32,000 nucleotides of DNA from Promethearchaeota archaeon (GTDB lineage Archaea; Asgardarchaeota; Lokiarchaeia; Sigyniarchaeales; Promethearchaeaceae). A program made the translations under genes and the position numbers. Location of the stretch: assembly GCA_016933055.1 (NCBI GenBank), contig JAFGBS010000032.1, forward strand, positions 17,532 through 49,531. The letters are read 5' to 3'. Positions 27,779 through 32,000 of this stretch are shown here, piece after piece. Each line of letters opens with the position of its first letter. The stretch's first letter is position 1. The notes below the pieces were generated by a model. The model made no database searches and had not been told where the DNA came from. It saw only the letters and a program-made list of their open reading frames with translations.

Positions 27779-28732
27779 TTAATTTTGAAAAATTGCTGTT
27801 TTGAGCCAGCTTACCAATCTATCATTAAATATTTCTACGTTTTCAACATTGGATAGATGTCCGGAATTTGGAATTATGCGTAATGTTGCATTTAGGGCAA
27901 GTGAATCCATTTTCTTTGCCAGTTCTATAGGAATTAAAGAATCATGCTCCCCTAACATAATCAAAACAGGTTTTTTGAATTTTTGTAAGGAATCAGAATT
28001 ATCAATTCTCCCTGCCATGGCTCCTAATGCATGGATTAGAGCTAAAGGATTTTGTCTCTTCATTATAGTTAAAATTTTTTCTGCTAACTGCGGATTAGAA
28101 GTTGTTGTGGTATCAGCTATTATTTTGTCATATAAATTCTCCAGATAATTCCGTATTTCATGAATAGTTCCGTGAGTTTCCTCCATTTTTTGAGCATGAT
28201 TGTCCAATTTACTCCATCTTTGGAGAGAAATTCGTATCATTTCCATTATTTTATATCGGTTTTGCTTTTGCTCTTCAAAATCTGCCGTAGATTTCGTATC
28301 AATTAAAATAAGTCCATCTAAGGAATTGGGATGGTTATGAAGGTATTCAAGTGCTATATACCCACCCATAGAACAACCACCAAGAATCAAGGTTTTAATA
28401 TCGAAAAAATCAACAATTTCTTTGATAACGTCCACGTAAGGTATGAGATCATAGGGTTGATTCATGAAAGATTCACTCCTTCCGAATCCAGGTAAATCGG
28501 GCAAAATTACGCGAATGTTACCAAATTGGGTTCCAAGCTCACTTAGAACGGAGACTGTGGAAATATCCGAAAAATTCGCATAAAACATTTCGGAATCAAA
28601 CGGAAAAGCATGAATCAAAAGAATATTATGTTGAATTGCCAAGTTCGAATTATTAATTGGGGGAAATAGGGCATATCTCCCACTTATTTTAATTTCATAG
28701 TTAGAAATCAAGGAAAAAGATTCCATACTCAA
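27779..28732 (-). CDS. Alpha/beta-fold hydrolase (enol-lactonase/esterase-like)
   Basis: LLIHAFPFD, PDLPGFGRS, nucleophile elbow GCSMGG, GEHD (acid) and SGHLSN (His). Confidence 0.92.
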   Translation of the reverse strand: MSMESFSLISNYEIKISGRYALFPPINNSNLAIQHNILLIHAFPFDSEMFYANFSDISTVSVLSELGTQFGNIRVILPDLPGFGRSESFMNQPYDLIPYVDVIKEIVDFFDIKTLILGGCSMGGYIALEYLHNHPNSLDGLILIDTKSTADFEEQKQNRYKIMEMIRISLQRWSKLDNHAQKMEETHGTIHEIRNYLENLYDKIIADTTTTSNPQLAEKILTIMKRQNPLALIHALGAMAGRIDNSDSLQKFKKPVLIMLGEHDSLIPIELAKKMDSLALNATLRIIPNSGHLSNVENVEIFNDRLVSWLKTAIFQN

Positions 28733-28802
28733 ACGTATGTTATACTAATTTTATGTCTTATCATGATAAAATGGAAGATAGGATTATGAAGAATTCATAC
28801 AT

Positions 28803-29783
28803 TCAGTGTAATTTTACCATGATTTTGATAAATTCTCTTGGTCCTGTAGATTTATATCTTTGGAGGTTCTCTTGCAGTTGCTCTAAAGACACATAATCGG
28901 TTATTAATCGTTCTGGGTGTAGTTTTTTGTCTAACATTAATTTAATTGTCTGCATAATGTCTTCGCGATTATGAGATATACAACCCCGTAATCCAACCTC
29001 TTTTAAACTTAGTATTAATCCCGAGAGAATCACTTCCCCTCGTGGAATACCAACCATCACAATATTACCGCTCTGCCCCACGATTTCAGTACTGAGTTTG
29101 AGCGTATCTTGAGTCCCTGCACAATCAAAAATTATGGGAACTTCTCCATACTGATTAAAAAATTTCCGAATCTTGCCTTTTTGAGGAGATACTGCAAAAT
29201 TTGCTCCAAATTCCAGCGCTTTGTCTTGTAGAAAAGATTGCAATTCAATAATACAAATTGGGAGATTCGGAAATCTTGCTCGCAGCAAGTCCAACATGGC
29301 CAGACCAATTGTTCCAGCTCCAATAATAACGGTGGGTTTTGTGGGATCTATATCAGCCCATCGGATCCCCCGCATAGCAACTGCATATGACTCAATCATC
29401 GCAATTTCTTCAGATGAGACATAATCGTGAAAGGAAAATAAATAATCTTCGGGGACAATAACATATTCTGCAAAAGCTCCGTCCTTGAAAATACCTATAC
29501 GACGCATATCATTGTAATCCTTTCCCATAACATTTATTCCCGTAGCGTTTTCTCCGATCTTGAATTTCTTAATTTCGGATCCCGTTTCCACTATTTGTCC
29601 CGAAAATTCATGCCCCATTACCAATGGAGTTTGATATAATTGATGATAATAATTTTTTACATCGGTTCCACAAATGCCGCATAGATGCACCTTAATAAGT
29701 ACTTCATTCGGACCCGGTACCGGTTTGGGATAATCATCACGAATTTCAATCTTTTCTTTTTCTAGAAAAACTGCAGCCCTCAT
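28803..29783 (-). CDS. Zn-dependent medium-chain dehydrogenase (sorbitol/threonine DH-like) lacking the structural-Zn loop
   Basis: CGICGTD, GHE, IES (third ligand), GAGTIG and FDCAG. Confidence 0.92.
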   Translation of the reverse strand: MRAAVFLEKEKIEIRDDYPKPVPGPNEVLIKVHLCGICGTDVKNYYHQLYQTPLVMGHEFSGQIVETGSEIKKFKIGENATGINVMGKDYNDMRRIGIFKDGAFAEYVIVPEDYLFSFHDYVSSEEIAMIESYAVAMRGIRWADIDPTKPTVIIGAGTIGLAMLDLLRARFPNLPICIIELQSFLQDKALEFGANFAVSPQKGKIRKFFNQYGEVPIIFDCAGTQDTLKLSTEIVGQSGNIVMVGIPRGEVILSGLILSLKEVGLRGCISHNREDIMQTIKLMLDKKLHPERLITDYVSLEQLQENLQRYKSTGPREFIKIMVKLH

Positions 29784-29812
29784 GATAATTAAACTTGAAA
29801 TTAGTAGATTTA

Positions 29813-31180
29813 TTATTTTTGATCAGTGGAATGCGATTTCTGTGGTTTATTATCAGCAAAATGGATCATTTCCACATTATGAAGTACCCCATCCATATCT
29901 AATCCTTTATTAGCATTTTTTTTCCATCGTTGAGGATTTCTTAACACAAGTAAAAACCACTCCCAAGTTCCTATTCCACTTAACCGTTTATCCGACACAT
30001 AAAGTAATCCACTCCATATGAGCACTGTTGTTATTGTAATAATAAGGCTCCATCCCACGCTCAATTGGGACCTAGCAGCAGTTTCTATTCCGAAAAGAAC
30101 GCCAAACAATAATCTTGGACCCGCTTCTAATAACTGGAACCAATAGACAGTAAATGCGAAAATTCCGAATCTGCGGAAATATTTGGTCCAATTTAACCAA
30201 AGTTTTGAATTGATTTTTGGATTAAATTCGATTTGGATTAGAAAGATAATTATCACAATCAATTGGGGTCCTACAGAAATAAATGTATACCACCGTGGGA
30301 ATACATGAAAAAAAGGAGTTAGATTTTCAAATCTGAATATAAAAACAAACTCGTATGCACCCCACAAGATCATGCAAAGACAAGGGATATAGAATAATCG
30401 AAGGATCCATTTTTTCGGATTCGGATATTGGAGTACAGCTGCAAGTGCACCTCCTATGAGGAATATACCCCACATAGGGAACAAGGGAGCTTCTCTACCT
30501 CCTATTGCATTAAGGAATATACGAATAAATTTCTCCCAAAAACCTTTATCAAATTTGTATCCAAATGAACGGAATAATTCTGAATCACTTGCTATGGCTA
30601 CACCAGCGATTTGTCCTGCGAAGTCTTGTACATAGGGACTAAATACAAAAATTAAGACGCTTATTATAAACAGACTGAAAATAGACATGATTGCCAGGGT
30701 TTTTTTTGATTTAATTAAAGAGAGAAAGAAAAATATACATCCACTGAGAATCATCATAAATCCAAGGGATTCTACGGTATCAAAATAAAAAAACATTGAT
30801 AAATTATCCCAATTCCATCCTTGAGACCTTGTCCAATTGTCAATTATTCCGTAAAAATAGAAAAACGTGATTAGCATTTTTCCAAATACAATTAAAAGAA
30901 TCCCAGTGAAGAATTGTTTTTTTAAAATTTCGAATCTACTTTTTCCATTTTCAACTGCGTTAAACATCTGATAAAAATTGGCAACTCCCGAAATCAAAAT
31001 AAAAAAACCACGCCAGTGCATGAAATTGACAAAAATAACCCCCAAAATTAAAAATCCCGTTGGAAGTTCTAAAGGATTTGTAGGTATATTGATTTTAAGA
31101 TTTACCATCAGAGCATGTGCCACGGTCATGAACCATACTGCAAGACCCCGTAAAAAATCGATAGAGGTTAACCTCCTCAT
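29813..31180 (-). CDS. HGSNAT/DUF1624-like transmembrane acyltransferase-family protein
   Basis: N-terminal RLTSIDFLRGLAVWFMTVAH with conserved Asp/Arg/His, FILISG, PLFP and about 11 TM helices. Confidence 0.75.
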   Translation of the reverse strand: MRRLTSIDFLRGLAVWFMTVAHALMVNLKINIPTNPLELPTGFLILGVIFVNFMHWRGFFILISGVANFYQMFNAVENGKSRFEILKKQFFTGILLIVFGKMLITFFYFYGIIDNWTRSQGWNWDNLSMFFYFDTVESLGFMMILSGCIFFFLSLIKSKKTLAIMSIFSLFIISVLIFVFSPYVQDFAGQIAGVAIASDSELFRSFGYKFDKGFWEKFIRIFLNAIGGREAPLFPMWGIFLIGGALAAVLQYPNPKKWILRLFYIPCLCMILWGAYEFVFIFRFENLTPFFHVFPRWYTFISVGPQLIVIIIFLIQIEFNPKINSKLWLNWTKYFRRFGIFAFTVYWFQLLEAGPRLLFGVLFGIETAARSQLSVGWSLIITITTVLIWSGLLYVSDKRLSGIGTWEWFLLVLRNPQRWKKNANKGLDMDGVLHNVEMIHFADNKPQKSHSTDQK

Positions 31181-31245
31181 AGTTCTGTACGTCGAGATAT
31201 GACCAATTAAATATTTTGTTTAAAAATAAAACGGAATTAGAAATC

Positions 31246-31413
31246 TTAAGCTAATGTTGGTTCGGCTTTGTACTTGCCTTTAGTTTTGTATTTTTTATAG
31301 GTAACACCCGCATCTGTATTTCTATTGGATGCCACTTTCAACAAAATTCGTACAAATAAACTCACGACTACGCCAATTGTCATGCTAATTAAAATCCAAT
31401 ATCCGAATTCCAT
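31246..31413 (-). CDS. Small (55-aa) single-pass membrane protein missing from the ORF track
   Basis: MEFGYWILISMTIGVVVSLFVRILLKVASNRNTDAGVTYKKYKTKGKYKAEPTLA*. GGAGG lies 9 nt upstream of the ATG; one TM helix and a Lys-rich tail. Confidence 0.7.
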   Translation of the reverse strand: MEFGYWILISMTIGVVVSLFVRILLKVASNRNTDAGVTYKKYKTKGKYKAEPTLA

Positions 31414-31680
31414 TCTTGTTATCCTCCATCCTTTATTGTGTAGAACTATAATAATGGAGCGCCTTCTTAATTGGTTAGTATTAAAAATTGTGTTGTAAAA
31501 TTTTCAAATTTCTAGAGGAAATTAAAGAAGTAAATCATGGTATCTTGAAACCTTGGTTCTCGAAAACTTCGGTAGGTTACAAATGAAGTAGTTACCTCAC
31601 CTACGAGAAAATGGAATGGGATAGGATTCATAATTATTGATGAAAATACATAAATAGGTTATTAGCTATAGCTAATGATT

Positions 31681-31984
31681 ATGAAGACATTAGTATATGG
31701 CGCAGGCGTTCTTGGAAGTTTGTATGCTGCAGTCCTAAAACTATCTGGGAAAGATGTAACTTTATTAGCTCGAGGGAAGAGGTTGGAAGAACTAAGGGAT
31801 CATGGGCTAGTTATTGAAAATTTGATTACTGAGAAAACAATACAAACAAAAATCGATCTTATTGATAGTAAATTAACTGAAAACAATAATTTTGATCTCA
31901 TTCTTGTGATCATATCAACATCTATTCCGTGATACCCACGTTAGGGATATATAGTAAGAAGTTCTGTCCATTTGCCTATCCGTG
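31681..31984 (+). pseudogene. Truncated ketopantoate-reductase-family (PanE/ApbA) gene
   Basis: MKTLVYGAGVLGSLYA...VTLLARG..L..L...GL...FDLILV, then TGA at 31930. A shifted frame briefly continues (YSVIPTL) and also stops before the window end. Confidence 0.75.
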
Positions 31985-32000
31985 ATAGGTGAGTCCAGAT

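Noticed and set aside
2586-30000. Short track ORFs nested in or antisense to long genes (e.g. 2586, 3264, 5853, 6473, 7478, 10615, 11303, 12277, 17015, 18779-22095, 24377, 24691, 25964, 27801, 29132, 29221)
   Set aside because: They overlap well-supported genes and lack motifs; such shadow ORFs are expected.
30978-31202. 74-aa plus-strand ORF
   Set aside because: It is antisense to the HGSNAT-like gene.

Overview
An AT-rich archaeal window, most consistent with an Asgard archaeon of the Lokiarchaeia type. The supporting markers are an lsm-rpl37e pair, an intron-containing tRNA, a PAC2 chaperone, a COG2517-type tRNA-binding protein and a Loki-CTERM-like tail. Most of the window is housekeeping and metabolic genes: rpl37e, Lsm, a PUA protein, serS, tRNA-Ala(GGC), PAC2, SepF, a cold-shock protein, two MFS transporters, two extended SDRs, a Zn-dependent dehydrogenase and a hydrolase. 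The main accessory items are (i) a 1612-aa DUF4011/SF1-helicase/Vsr-like nuclease fusion with the Hhe anti-phage architecture, an H-to-Q change in the nuclease motif and an extra acidic/winged-helix-like tail, and (ii) two 148-bp non-coding direct repeats (134/148 identical, 1625 bp apart) around an ICMT-like gene, with hints of conserved RNA structure. The ORF track also misses a 55-aa membrane protein, a frameshifted MFS N-terminus and several gene remnants. All family calls come from motif recognition by eye; no searches were run.
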